DNA of 64,000 nucleotides. It comes from Lingula anatina (lineage: Eukaryota > Animalia > Brachiopoda). The notes beneath the pieces are model-generated. The model worked only from the letters and a program-made list of their open reading frames with translations. It was not told where the DNA came from and made no database searches. This document shows positions 1 through 13,958 of the stretch, in pieces (within the stretch, counting starts at the first letter, position 1; each line of letters begins with the position of its first letter). A program made the position numbers and the translations under genes. The stretch covers positions 25,902,225-25,966,224 of the forward strand of contig CM120640.1 of NCBI GenBank assembly GCA_051362555.1, read 5' to 3'.

Positions 1-129
1 GTAGCCATAGAGAAGGAACAGGCAGAAGATGGTGAGGACTTTGAGTTGAGAAGGAGTCATTCTGAGAGCACTTTGGTTGGATCCGAAGGCACCAGGACCC
101 CAGTTCTGGAAGAGAGCTGTATATTTGGG
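1..129 (+). CDS. DAPK1: DAPK1-like candidate linker exon (partial)
   Basis: Open frame VAIEKEQAEDGEDFELRRSHSESTL...CIFG then gtaata; phase 0 fits the next exon; no recognisable homology. Confidence 0.55.
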
Positions 130-3100
130 GTAATATTTACCTGCTAACTTGGGTGTCAGATAGATACACAGTTATAAATAACATTAACAAACAAAGTATT
201 TCATAGATGGAATCAGCCTGCATGAATTTTACATGATGCACTGTGTAGTTAATATGTGGGCACATGTTATAAGCATTGAACTCAGCATGATATAAAAGTA
301 AGCTATCAGGTAAAAAAGGTGAAAATATTGTGTGCCAAGTGAAAGAAGATAAATTAAGCTTTTAGGGATGCTAAGCATGTTTGTATGTGCCTTGCTGTCA
401 CAAAATGTGTCATTTGATGGGTGTTTCCAAAGTGCTACAGTGTTTTTCATATCCGGACATGTATCTTTGCTAATGAGCCTGTTTACAGGTTGAGTTGTAG
501 TTGTCTACAGTGTTCAAGAAGGAAAAAAATAGCTACATTATCTAGTATTTGGTTCTGTTGTTGTTCTCAATGATTTTTGAAGAACCATAGTATAAAAGAA
601 AAAAGTGAATTATCAAAGTTGAGTATCAGCTTACATTCCCAAAGTTTGTATGGTGTGTGATACAACTCATCACCATTCACAGTAACATGTTATACCTGGC
701 AAGTTGGCAGTGTTACAGACCAGACAGTTAGTCTACCAGCATCAGGTACAGCGAGTAATAAATGCCCAGTTTTATGTGTTTGGCAGAGCTGAACTGTAGC
801 TACATATATACAAGTGGCATTTTTATTGCATTTATGGAATGAATACATTTTTTTGTAGTCAGATTAATGAATTGCAGAACTTTTCATCTCTGAGTGAAAC
901 CAACAATGTGCTAATGGTATTTGAATTTGTAGGTGAAAGAATAAAGTGGTGTGAAGGCAGTTTAAGCACAGAAATATCTTACTGGCATATGTTATCCAAG
1001 TAATCTTTAAGAATGGCATTTTCTGTAATTTTTTTTGTGTTTTGTTTAATTAATCTTGAAAGCTTACATGATTGAAAACTTAAAAGAAAATTTTTTAACT
1101 ACGTATTGTACTTCATTTTTAGAAACTTATTGCCATCAGTTGATGTTTGCCAGTTAAAGATGGCTCATTGTGCACAAAAAGATTACCATTTTGAACAGTT
1201 GTTTGATAAATTATAAAAATTTAGGTGATGTAACCTCAAATATTAATGCCCAGATGGAACCTGACATTGAAGATATTGTAATCAATTATGAGCCTTAGTT
1301 TAATGCAATGTGCAAATTTAGCAATATTTCAGAGACCTAGTTATGGTTGATAAAAACCATAAATTTCTCATATTTACACAAGAACAGGTTTTTTTCTGCT
1401 TTTGCTCAGAGAACTGTATATTACAACCCCATTATGTTTTGTTAATGGTGGATATCTTTAAAAAAGTATTATATTCAGACTGTAATCTGAGCTACATATA
1501 TTGTTACACATGGGAAAGATAGCATGACGAAAGTATCATTTCATCTTTTGTAGGAAGAAGAAGACAATTTTGTCCTGACAGCTTTGTTTTGTGCCACTGA
1601 AGATGGGAATTTTGCTGGAATAAAAAGGTTGCTTTCTATGACTTCACTAGACATCAACATATCAAATAGGGTAAGACAATTGCAGACTTACAGTGTCAGC
1701 ATCTCAATGTGACTGTAACTTTTCATATATAGTCACAGTAACACTCCCCTGCATCTGGGCCCTATGTCTGCCCATGTCACAGCAAAACTTAAAAACTGTT
1801 TTTTTCAGTATTTTTTCCCTTTTGAAGAGGGATGAGATTTTTCCGACTATTGGTGGATTTTCTATTTTTTGGGGATCTGGAAATATTGGTCTAGGTGGCC
1901 CCCTGGACCTCACGCCATTTTTTCCGACCTTTTCAATGAATGGCAGTCTCATCCATGTTTGAATCTTTCTGTCCATACATATAAATTAACTCCAAAAAAT
2001 GGTTGGAAGTTTTCTTCCACTTCCTAGTGCATACCCTACAGATAGTGCTAAAATTAACTCAGGAGGTACCTACAACTCTCCAAATTTGAAGTTCTGTATG
2101 TTTTCTTCATTATGTTCTAGCATGGGGAGACAGCGTTACACAGGGCTGCCAGCGGAGGACATGTGGAGGTAGTGAAACTGTTACAGAGCAATGGAATGAA
2201 CCTCAATGTCACAGACCAGGTAAACTACTGACTCAGAGAAATAGAAATTGGTAGAAAATTTTCTTCCTGATAACTTAAGACAAAAAAGAAAAAATGTTTA
2301 TACCAAGATGTTTTTAAATTAAAAGAACGGTTTGTATTACTTTTGAAAAAGAGCAATGACCAAATGACCTCCTCAGTTTGTAATATGTCTATTGGAATTG
2401 TAGCAATATACCTTGCAGTTAATGTTTCATCCTTGCACATTTTTATATCAGCTATGATATGCTGTGTTCCTTGCATACAGTTGTATTATGCTGGACAAAT
2501 ACTTCAGATAATTTTGTTATCAATGTATGATATTGATGTTAAAAAAACTACTTTCGAATGTTAAAAGGATTTTACATTTTATCCTTTGAAGAAAAAGGTA
2601 TTCAAAGTTGGCAAAGAACTCTAGCTTGCAGGACTTGTTTTCTTATATTTTCAAACCAATTATATTATATCTATTAGATGCAAGCTGAAGTTTTTTACAA
2701 ATATGATATAAGTAAGACAGATTTAGAATATAGAGTAGACTCGTTTAGTGCATCCTGGGGGACCTTACATTAGGTGCCTGTTGCAGAAAACAGAAAGCTT
2801 AAGTAAAAGATGAATGTACTTTTTAAGTCACTGTCAGTACAAAATGAATAATAATGTTTAAGATAATTAATATTAATAATCATAGTATTGGATGTGACAC
2901 TTACAAAACTAAAAATTACTTTGTTATAGAGAATGCATAGGCATTAAAAATGCATAATCAAGAACTGCCTTGAAATTGCAATTTAAAAATTGAAATTGAG
3001 ATTTAGAAATTTTAGAAATGATGACATCAGTTCTTGTTTGTAACTGAATTGATAAGAGTCTCTAAAGTACTACAAGATCTACTTGTGTGTCTGTCTCATA

Positions 3101-6100
3101 AAAAAAAGAGTAATGATGTAATTAGGCTTAACTGTATGAAGAAGCTCAACTTTGATCAGCAAGTTAAATTACCCTCTTAGGCAGTAATGGTAGGATAGAT
3201 AGGATAGAAGAGGATTTTTTTCATAACTAGGCCTTCAGACATTACTGTATTATGAAGGACTAATGTGTCTTGGTATTTCTCCTGGGTTTTACAGTGAAAA
3301 TCTGGGCAATGTCAGACAGAGCTAGCTATTCTTGAGCATTATTGCCAGGATATCAGGTCGGATGCACATTACCAAGAATGATTGATTTTCAGGTTGGTTG
3401 ATTCTTACAAACAGATAAGGATTTTCGTTGGTAGTGTAGTGGCACTGATTGATTTCGGCACACTACTTTTATGAGATGTTCTTCCTGAGAATTGTTGTTT
3501 AATGAGCTATCTTGGCCATACCGGAGACGATGTTCAATTTCTATTTACCTGTTATTACAGTTATTACATATAATTTATTTTACAAAGATAAAAGGGGACA
3601 GATAGACCAGGCAAGTACTCAAGTGGGATATATTCAAGATAAAACATAACTCAAAGGGCTCTGAGAGTAAACCTTGTATTAATTTTTGTTTGGCCATTGC
3701 TTTAGATAAACTAATGGTCTTATTTCAAAGAATTTTTTATATCTTGTGCCTAAAAGGTCGCAATATGAAATTACATCTGAGTATCCTGCTGTCAATAATA
3801 GAGATTGGTACTAACTCTCTTAGGTCATCTTTTTTTCTTGTCTGCCATTCCAAGGTTACCACATGAAGAAATCCAATATTTTACTGTATGAGAAATCAAT
3901 GTTTCCAGCCCATTTGTGATTGCTGCAAGATATTGTGGCTGCAAACTGAAATCTGTTTTCCAAGTCAGCAAACAGATTTTTCGTTAGAAACAAAATAGAT
4001 GATAGTGAAAGGCCAGGTTGTCAACCACCCATTAAACCCATAATTTACATTTACTGACAACTAAGAAGTGATATTGACAGGCAGACATATGTATGAATGT
4101 TGCTGAACAATAAACGATAATTGCTTCTCTTCTAATGATTAATTGTTTCCATATTGGTTTTGTATGTATGTACGTCTAATTGTGCTGCAATGTGCAAACA
4201 GTTGTTGCCATTAAGACATTTCTTGTTATTAAGACGTGTATGTGCCATCCCTTTTCAGGATATTTTTTTAATGTTAAAAAATAAATGTGCTTTTATATCT
4301 ATTTTAGCATGGGGACAATGCTGTGTACTGGGCTGCTAGGCAAGGGCACGTGGAAGTGGTCAAATATCTCAAAGAACAAGGGGTCTCTGTGGATCAACAA
4401 AATAAGGTGAAAAACCTGATGTCACTTTTACAGTGAAAAGAAGTAGGGTGTTGGTGGTGAATTTCAAAGGGAATCAACCTCGAGTTCATGACATACATCA
4501 ATCACTTAAGTTGTTAATGGAGCTACATAAATATATGAAAAAAAGGAAAATAACATTATATTTTACATGACTCTTCCATTACTTTGCACTGTGGTTAATG
4601 CATTCTGAAAGTGATAATCTTCCTATTGTAAACTACATGGCTTCATTCATTTATTATGGTTTCATAACTTCCTTTTAGATGTGACTGTCATTTCGTAAAC
4701 TATGGTTACAAAAGACAATTGTCACATGATAATTTCTGTTTCTGTCTGCAGTCTGGAGAGTCGGCCTTGCATGTAGCTGCCCGCTATGGACACAGCCATG
4801 TGGTCCAATACCTGTGTGAGGCAGGAGCCAATGTGGATCTTCAAGATGAGGTGAATAAACTGGGGAATGGCTTCAAATACCCCGGGCAGAAGTTGATAGT
4901 CATATCTAGAATAAATGTGTCAAGTGATATAATTACAAAATGAAATCCCAGCTTTGTATTTTCTTTCCCAGTGTACTACATACAGGCGCATTGCATAAGC
5001 CCAGCTTAAACGGTGATTAATTTGAGCTTAAAGTCGGGCCAGGTGTAACCACATCAGCAAATATCCCAGTCTTCTGCCTATACATACCTACCTAAATATA
5101 CCTTGTTATGTTGTAGCCTGAACCGGCAGCATGGACATCTTGATACATGGTGCCAAGATGTAATCAATTAAAATACTTGATGTGTTATTTAATTATTTGT
5201 TTTATGTTGCATGCATGCTTTTGTCTGTATGTGTGGACACTTGTCAATGTCTCCTTGGCAGGCAGTTGTTGCATGTGGAATATAAACTTGAATATTGTAA
5301 TCCAGAAAAAGAATTCTTTGAACTTATTTTTATTGGAAATCAGTCATTTGATCTATATACAACTTGTTGTCTTCAAGTGAAACTCTTTTGTGGAAATAGA
5401 TATATGGTTTGAGTCTTTCCACTCAGTTAATTCTTGATGTTTAGTGTCATTTGTTGTGTCATTGTCAACCCGTGCATGGATGTTTTTTTTTTATTATTTT
5501 TTTCCTCCAGCTTGGTGAGACTGCTCTCCATAGCGCAGCATGGCATGGTTTTTCCATTATCTGTACATACTTGTGCAATGCAGGATGCCAACTAGACGTG
5601 CAAAATAAGGTGAATCTTACAGAAAATTTTAACAGAAAGGGGTAGTTCATCATAAGATTTTATATGAAATGAAATAAATGTTAATGACTAGAGGTCTAGC
5701 ATAGATTTTGGCAGAATTATTCTCAGTTTATGTATTTTTTTTTCACACATTTGCAGCATTCTCCTTTATGTATTCCTTTGAGCCTGTGACATTTTATTGC
5801 AATGTCGAGTGTTTTTTTTTACAGATTTAAGTTGATAAAAGGGTATTCAGTTTCAATAGTGTAAGGTTCTTACATCAAAACAATTTTATCTACACAAACC
5901 TATGTTTATCTATGCATTGTCAACTTAAGTATATTTTCTATCTAAACATAGGCTTGTCAGAATTAAGTAGATTAAATTTCAAAAAAAGTAAGGAATAATG
6001 ATTTTTCAGATTTTTGATCTGTTAGAAAGTAGAATTGATTTTATTCAAAAGGAATACAGTAAGAGAAGTAGTGGCTTTGGTATAATTTTCCCCATAGTTT

Positions 6101-8303
6101 TAGAAAGGGTAAAACACTGCATTGTAAATATATTTAAATCTAAAGGCAGTGTGGAAATTAATCACCATAATATTTGAAACCATATTTTGTTGTAGGATGG
6201 CGAGGTGCCCATCCATAATGCAGCTGGGCGTGGTTACCTGGAGTGTGTGAAGGTACTGCTGAATACTGGGGCCAGGCTGGACCTGTATGATAAAGTAAGG
6301 AGAAAACGGGCCACATGATGCTTCATAGATGATAATTGATGGATTTTGTTTCTAGTGCTTGGAAGCCGTAATAACATTGGGCAACAAATGTATATATTCC
6401 AGCTTTATGGAACAAGAGTTCACAGGACCACGTTAGATACCTATGAAAATAGCAAGAAAGTTTTAATATATTTATATGAGGAAATTCATGTTTTTTAAAA
6501 TAGAATAGAAACCTTACTTTAGTATTAAACCTACTTTAACTTGTTATCATTTATTTGAGAAATTCATAAAAAAAAACATAACATTTGATTCAGACAGATT
6601 CATAACTATAAACAAATGAGTTTAGAGCATCATGTTAAGTGTATATATATTCAATTATTAATTTGTATTCCAGCGTGGTAGCAGTGCCCTCCACTGGGCC
6701 TGCAGGCGCCACCACACTGCCATAGCCATGCAGCTGGTCCAGGCTGGGTGCCCTCTAGATGTGGTAGATGAGGTGAGCAGGAAACGCAATCAGGAGAATG
6801 TGAAAATATCATCACATACATAGACAGCTAGGCATAGATAATAAGTGACAATATTTATTTTACAGACGCTATTTACTGTATAAGAGTGATTAACTTCAGA
6901 TCTATCTTATTCACATAGGAGAATGTAAATATAGTATAAAGCTTGAAATTTATTTTCTTAGACTGGAGAAAGTGCTATCCATGCAGCAGCACATGAAGGA
7001 CTGTTCTCTGTGGTGCAGGCAATGTGTGCTTATGGTTGTGATGTCAATATTATTAGCAAGGTAAACAAAACAGAATTTACTGTGGTTTTAGCGTCAGTTT
7101 CTATAAAGGTAAATCGTTAGATTGTATTCTATTGTCGTAATTTTTTCAGAATTTTCAAGCAAGTATTAAAAAAAAAACTTTATTCTCATTGTCTCTGAAT
7201 AGTTGCTCTTGGCAGGTTGCATTCAAAAAAGTTTTTTTTTCCAGAATTCTCTCACTGCTCTCCACTCTGCAGCTAAGGGTGGCTACCTGGAGATAGTCCG
7301 CTGTCTGTTACTGGCTGGAGCTGACCCTGATGTGCCCAACAAGGTAAGAGGCTTTAAATTTGTAACAGTGACTGGATAATGCATGTCACACTTGATGCAA
7401 TTACCTCGATTGTCTGTTCCACAGTCAAAAGTGTGTGGTGTAATGGTTTTGTTACTATCCAATAGCATTGGATACCATTATTCTTTTATGATAATCATTT
7501 TAATAGGAAAGAGCTTGTTCTGCCAAAAGATTATCTATTATTAAAGTTATTTGTTGAAGGTGACATGGACTATGAAGAGAAAAAAAAAGAACATTTGTTT
7601 GCTACTGATAACATAACTACTCAGTTAATTTCACCGGCCTGCACAACAAATGGCTCATTTATCTCAGTGTTACATGTAAATTGAATCGGTGATCGAGAAG
7701 TAATTGTGTAACTTCCTCTCCACAGGATGGTGTGATTGCAGAGATCCTTGCCTTGGCCCAGGGGCACTCTGAGATAGCTGATCTTCTCATACGGATGAAA
7801 CCAGTAAGTATATAATCAGTTTCTGTCTTGTTCCTGTACCACCTCACTAAGTGTTATTTTGTTGTGGCTTAAGGTTCAGGTGAATGTTATCCAGGCCTAT
7901 AGCTAAACATCATCACTTTACAATACAGGTCCTATTGCTTTCAACACACTCCTCTGTTCGGCTTTGAACCGGAAATTAGCTACTTGTTGTTCATCATAGT
8001 AAGAGACAACGTTTCCATATTACTGCCTCCTACTTATTCCCCTTCAATCACCAGGGACCAATCATCAGCTATTTACCAAGAAAATGGAATGTTATTTGAC
8101 AAGTAAGCCACCTGCTATCACACTGCTCCACCTTGATGTATGAATCAAAGAGTCCACTCTTTAGACTGTATTTTTTCCTTTGAACTACTATTTCCTGAAC
8201 TCTAACGACCAACAGCTAGGTCATCAAACCCAGGGTGAGGAGTGGAATTGCCATTCTTCTCAAACTAGCTAAACATTTAAATTAAAACAGAGATGTAGAA
8301 TAC

Positions 8304-8339
<36 letters not shown>

Positions 8340-11300
8340 GGCCAAACTCTACCAAAACTGACCTTATAATCTTTTTTCATTTACTTTTGCCCTTCATTAA
8401 CAGTTTTAAAATATTTAATCAAATTTATTAACACCATGACCTATGAAAGAGCTAACCATGCTGAATCATAGTTTACTGCTTATTGACCACAATTTCCTTG
8501 CATAGCTTAAGCCAGGTGCAGAGCATGGCTTTAAGAATGTATCGACTAAATAATGGACTTTAAGAATGTTAATGAACTTAAAAAGCTGTGTTGCTATAAG
8601 GAAATAATCAGTCATTCATTGGAAAAAGAGGTGGTGTTCCAGTGGGTTTCACTAAGTGGTATATGGTCCCTGTAAATGGATGCAAAAACCACAGTTAATG
8701 CAGCAAATGATGAATGAAATGTGATTAACACGCTCTCTGTAGATTTACCATCCATTAATATCACGTAACATTTTCATGTAGATGATGCAATAGATTTTTT
8801 TTTTTTTTCGAGATGAGAATTTGATGTACAATTTCAGGGTTTTCTTATTCAAGACATGTTCAGCTATTGTTGTTATGTAACAACATTGTTACAAGCATAT
8901 TTCAGGCTTTTCTGAATAAGTGTGATACTGACTTCGTCAGTCAAAATATAAAACTAAATTTCCCTTCTTTGTTCCCCTATGGACTTAAGAACAAAGTATT
9001 TCTTGGAAATCTTGGATCCTTTTGAGACGGTTTTGTTCTTTGCCTATTCCTTGCCTAACAATAAAAATTTTAAGATAAAGTGCATAATCCATGCTTGAAA
9101 ATGGTTTTAGCCCTTCTCAAACCAGAAAAATGTTATTGAGATAGCACTACAGCTTAAAGCCTGTATGTGTGAGTAAGCTACCTCTAAGTTTTCCATAATG
9201 AAAAATATACTTTGTTGTCTACCACAAATCAATAATTGGCTCACTCATTTTATAGAAAAGCCTACTTTACAACAAGGATTTCTTATTCTTAGATGTAAGA
9301 AAATCAATTGTATGCATAGGACATGTAAAAATACCCATTATTATAGTAATCTAATATATCAATTGAATCAGATGAGAAATATTTAATGAGGCATTAACAC
9401 TTGGATTGTGTTGAAATTTGTTCAGAAAAGAAAAATGTAAATTTATGTCATATTCCATTTTCTAAAATAGGGGCATTTTTGAAGTGGCATCCAAGAGTCA
9501 CATTTTCTTATTCTACCTTGCATCTTATCCATTATACAGTCCTGGTATTAGCACTAATAGTGATGCATGTGTAAAGCACTTACTGTTGTTAGGTAATGGA
9601 GTTTCCTAAATGACAATAAAGGAAGTGTTATTTCAAGGCTTAAAAAATGGACCTTGCTTACAATATGGTAGCCAGGAATGTCTCTCCCTAGTGGCCCCAT
9701 TGCTAGCAGAAAAATGCCTTTTTTTTTTTCATAACTTCTGAATGGTTTAGTCGATGCTATCACATTCTGCATCTTTTCGTTAGAGTGCACAAACATCCAA
9801 AATGAATGTTCATTTACCAGGTTTTGTTTTTCAAATAGTTGACTCTTCAGATAATGCTTTGAAATTTCTTTAATATTTGTTAATGAAGAGGCAAGGGACT
9901 TGGAGCTTCTTGGAAATAAATGCCATGCTCATAGGCAGTTAAGGCGTTTTTTTTTTTCTGTGCAGTGAAATACTATACTATAATAACACCTATGATGAAC
10001 ATCCATGTGCAAGCTGCTTTTTCTGGGAAATAATTATTCTATACAGTTAGTTGTTTCCTTTACATAGTACCCTTTTCCTCTTCCCGGCCATGCATTCATG
10101 CAGTTAGCCCTCTTATTCACCAAAAGTTCATTTTTTTACATATCTCAGAATTAATTTGGTATTTTTCCACTAATTTTTCCCATATGATAAATCATGTGTC
10201 TTAGCAACAGTTCTGCCAGGATATCTTTCAGCCAGGGGCTTGTGTAAGTATCTTCTACCAGGGCTCAATAAATATCCTCATTGAATTGATAGACTGCTGG
10301 AGAGGCTGCTTTTCTTCCTTATCTCTCCCTTGTGACAGTACAACTCAACAGGTATATAATGTGTATTGTTCCAGGTATTCTTGGAGCACATGATCCCCTG
10401 GGACTACAGTGATACCAGCCAGTTTTATTTTGAAAAATTCCGTCTGGTTAGTCGAATAGACTGATGTATGCACTCAGGATGGCAATGGGGGGAGGGGTTG
10501 GGGTGGAATTATATCTAGTGGGGTTGGGGGGGGGGGGGTAATTAAGGAAGCGATAGATATAAGTGATTGATAAAAGCAGCAAAATCACATTTTTTTTCTT
10601 AATATGTTGGTATAATCTGAAAATCATTTCGGAAAATCTCCATCCTGGATACATCCCAGTGCTATCCTAGTCTCTGGCATTACTGCCTGGCTTAGCAAGA
10701 TCAAGTATTGCATAAGGTTGATACCCATGCATGGCAATTGTATCCAGAATGGTTTTCTTTGAAGTGAGTAGGACTCCTCCAACAGTTATCTGTCTTCATT
10801 TGCGTGGGCAGTTGCATTCATTTACCTAGATATGCTAGCTTGGAGCAAGGGCTTTCTGTTGCAGGTCACCTTGATATTCACAAATCAATTACGCCCATCT
10901 TCTCAACATTTATTTGTCAAACAAATGAACATTTTCTGCTAAATAATACTTGATATGAACACGCGCAAGATAAGACACAGACGTGCTGCATTGTTCATCA
11001 CGCTTTATCACAAATGTCAATAAAATGAAAATAATGAATGATTTTTGGAAACAAATAAGAAATAAAACTGCGCAAATGTCAATAAAATGAAAATAATGAA
11101 TGATTTTTTGGAAACAAATAAGAAATAAAACTGCACAAAATATGAATAATGTTTTTTTGAAAGGAATAGATCATCAGTGCTTTTTGTAGAAGTACATTAG
11201 ATCTCAGTTAAGATTAATCTCCTCTGACTACAGGGATGAATGATTTGCTGGTAAAAGATCAGTAACATTCAATATTTGCTGATACAGACGGCTGGCTATA

Positions 11301-13917
11301 TGATGTGGGTGTATGGTTCACTCCTGAGTGTGTCCCAGCAGGTGGTGAACTGTAATGCCCTTTGATATAGCAGGCCATTAGGCAAATTGGCACTTGTTTT
11401 GCACTTTGTCTACCTACTTATCTGAGCCTGTAAACATGGTTTGATTGGAGTTTTGAGTGCTACACTGGACATGCTTTGCACAATTATACTGATAATGCGC
11501 TATAAAAGAGGTTTTATCTAGGCCTCTAGATAGGATGATAAATTAGAATTATTTTTTACTTAGAGACTAAATAACAGAAGTCAGATTCTGGCGCAAAATC
11601 ACCATTCATTGTGTTTGGCTGATGTTATTTAGTCTCTAAGTAAAGAATAATTTTATTTTCTATGCTGAAAATGTTTGTGAAGATAAGGCTTGGCATGATG
11701 CTTTATGACTTTTCCATTTTTTCCTGAGGCATGTATATTGTTATAATATTCAGTGGTTGAACTGGTATAGAGATTTTACTGGTTTCTGATATATTCATTA
11801 TTATGTATGCGACCTTCTGATCACCTACCGCAAATTCAAGTAATTAAAATTGAAAAAAAAAAAAACATGAATGTAAACTTCTGAGATTGTCCCCCAGTAA
11901 GAAAAAAACAATGAAGTGGATTGAAATTTGGCATCCTGTTTGTTTTGAGCATTTTGAGGATATTCTATTTTTGTCATACTTGTACAGAATGCAGACCTTG
12001 GCAAGAACTCTTTGTGGGCAAGTGCAAGTAATCTTGGAAATTTAGTTGCCTCACTCCAGAACAAAAAAATTGGGGGGGAGGGGGGGGGGATTAATTTATT
12101 CTCAATGCACTGCACATAAATTTTGTTTCATTACAGTATAATGTAAGTAATGCAGATTGGTATGCAGAGCAATGGCATGTATCCTTAGATTTAGAAATTT
12201 GAAATCAATTTGTTTCTTTTTTTATGAGTAGGGGAGAAATGATTTAAGATATGCTTTTCAGAATGAAATTCCTTTGCATTATATTGGGATTGCCTGATAT
12301 ATTAGACACATTGCATGATTTTAGTATGTCAATCTTTTAAATTCTTTCACATTTTTTACCCCTTTTGTCTAAAAACTATTAAATTCTGTAATACCAAATT
12401 CATGTACTTACACTTTTGTCTTGTATTTTTGATTGAAATTTTAATATCTTGAAAAATACAAACTGAATGTTATATCACTGAACTTGTTAACTTTTATAAA
12501 TGATATACATAATGCATTGTTATTTCTGAAAAGAATGTTGATTCTATATTTTAAATATAGGCATCTTTCTTTGTTAATTGTCTCAGGACCGACGGGTGAA
12601 CTTCATCAACCAGCTAGTGCCAACACGTCACCCATTGAAGAGAATCAAACTGAAAGTTTTTGGTAGCAGTGGTGTGGGCAAGACCACCCTGATTAGTTCC
12701 TTGAAATGTGGCTACATCACTGGGTTCTTCCGGCGCAGGATCACCAGCACTAGTGCCATGTTGGCCAAGTCACACTGGCACCAAAACCATCACAGAAGTA
12801 AGTTTTTTTTTACAGGGTAACCCAATGGTTTTCAGTTCTTTTTCCTGACTTAAAAAGCTGCCATGGTTTTGAATATCTACAACTTACCATGGCAGTTTTC
12901 CTGTAAGTAAATAATCGTAAGTGAAAGGAGGTGGCTTTGACAGGGATAAAAATGCATGCGACAGGCAAATTATCTTTCACTGTATGCTTGCATGGATGAA
13001 ATGGATGAGAAAGTCACTTTAAAGGTTCTTATGCTGAATTAGATTATGATACATGTTTCTGTGCAGTTTTTATCAATTAGATTGTAGTAGGGCATATGCT
13101 TATAGGGAGTTATTAAAACATACTTTTTTGTGGGGCTTGGAAAAAAATGAATCAGAAATACATTTTTATTGCAAGTATACTACTGTGACGTGAGTTTTCA
13201 TGTTTTAGAAATTAAATGATCATTTATTTTTTTATTAAAAAAACATTATTCTCTTCTCCCCATACCATCAAGTATAGTTACCAGTAATTGTTGTCAGTAG
13301 AGTAACAAATCTTTTTTATGACCAAAAGTGCATTTGACAAGAGTGGGGCTTTATTGTGAAAATTTTGTTTGTAAATACAAATTTGGCTTAAAATGCAAAA
13401 TGATTTTTAAGAGAAAGGTCCACATATTAAAGGAAAATCTGGAATTTCGTCAAAACAGCGTGGGATTGATGCAATGCACAGCCATGCAATTACACTGAAA
13501 TGGATCATTTATTTGCCATTTAAGTGCACTCTTTGAGTCAAACTGATTTAATAACCTGTGTTTGGAACGTGCTTTATTTTCATGTAAGGTCATTTCACAT
13601 TAACCATCTATCCAGTTGACAGAATGGAACACATTTGACGGATGATTTCTTGATAGGCAGTCTAGCCATATAGTGTGTGCAAAAATCAATTGAAGTTTGT
13701 GGGGACTGCTTTCACCTGTAGTATGAAGTGTTCAACAGAGAATAAAAGAGAGAAATGTTGCTAATTTAGACCTTACACTTGTGTTTCATGGTTTAATGGT
13801 TTACCTAGACAAAACCACTTTCATATCCAAAATTATATTGATCAAGTCAGATCAAATTTGTAAGAGATCCTTTTTTTCAGATAAAAAGTCCTCTACTTTA
13901 GTTTTTTATTATCATTA

Positions 13918-13958
<41 letters not shown>

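Noticed and set aside
1790-1960. Possible MITE remnant and opposing 89/90-aa ORFs
   Set aside because: No paired termini found; the ORFs are intronic and lack homology
11290-11520. SINE/LINE 3' remnant ending gcgctataaaag
   Set aside because: Only a tail-like motif; no A/B boxes or TSD identifiable without a repeat library
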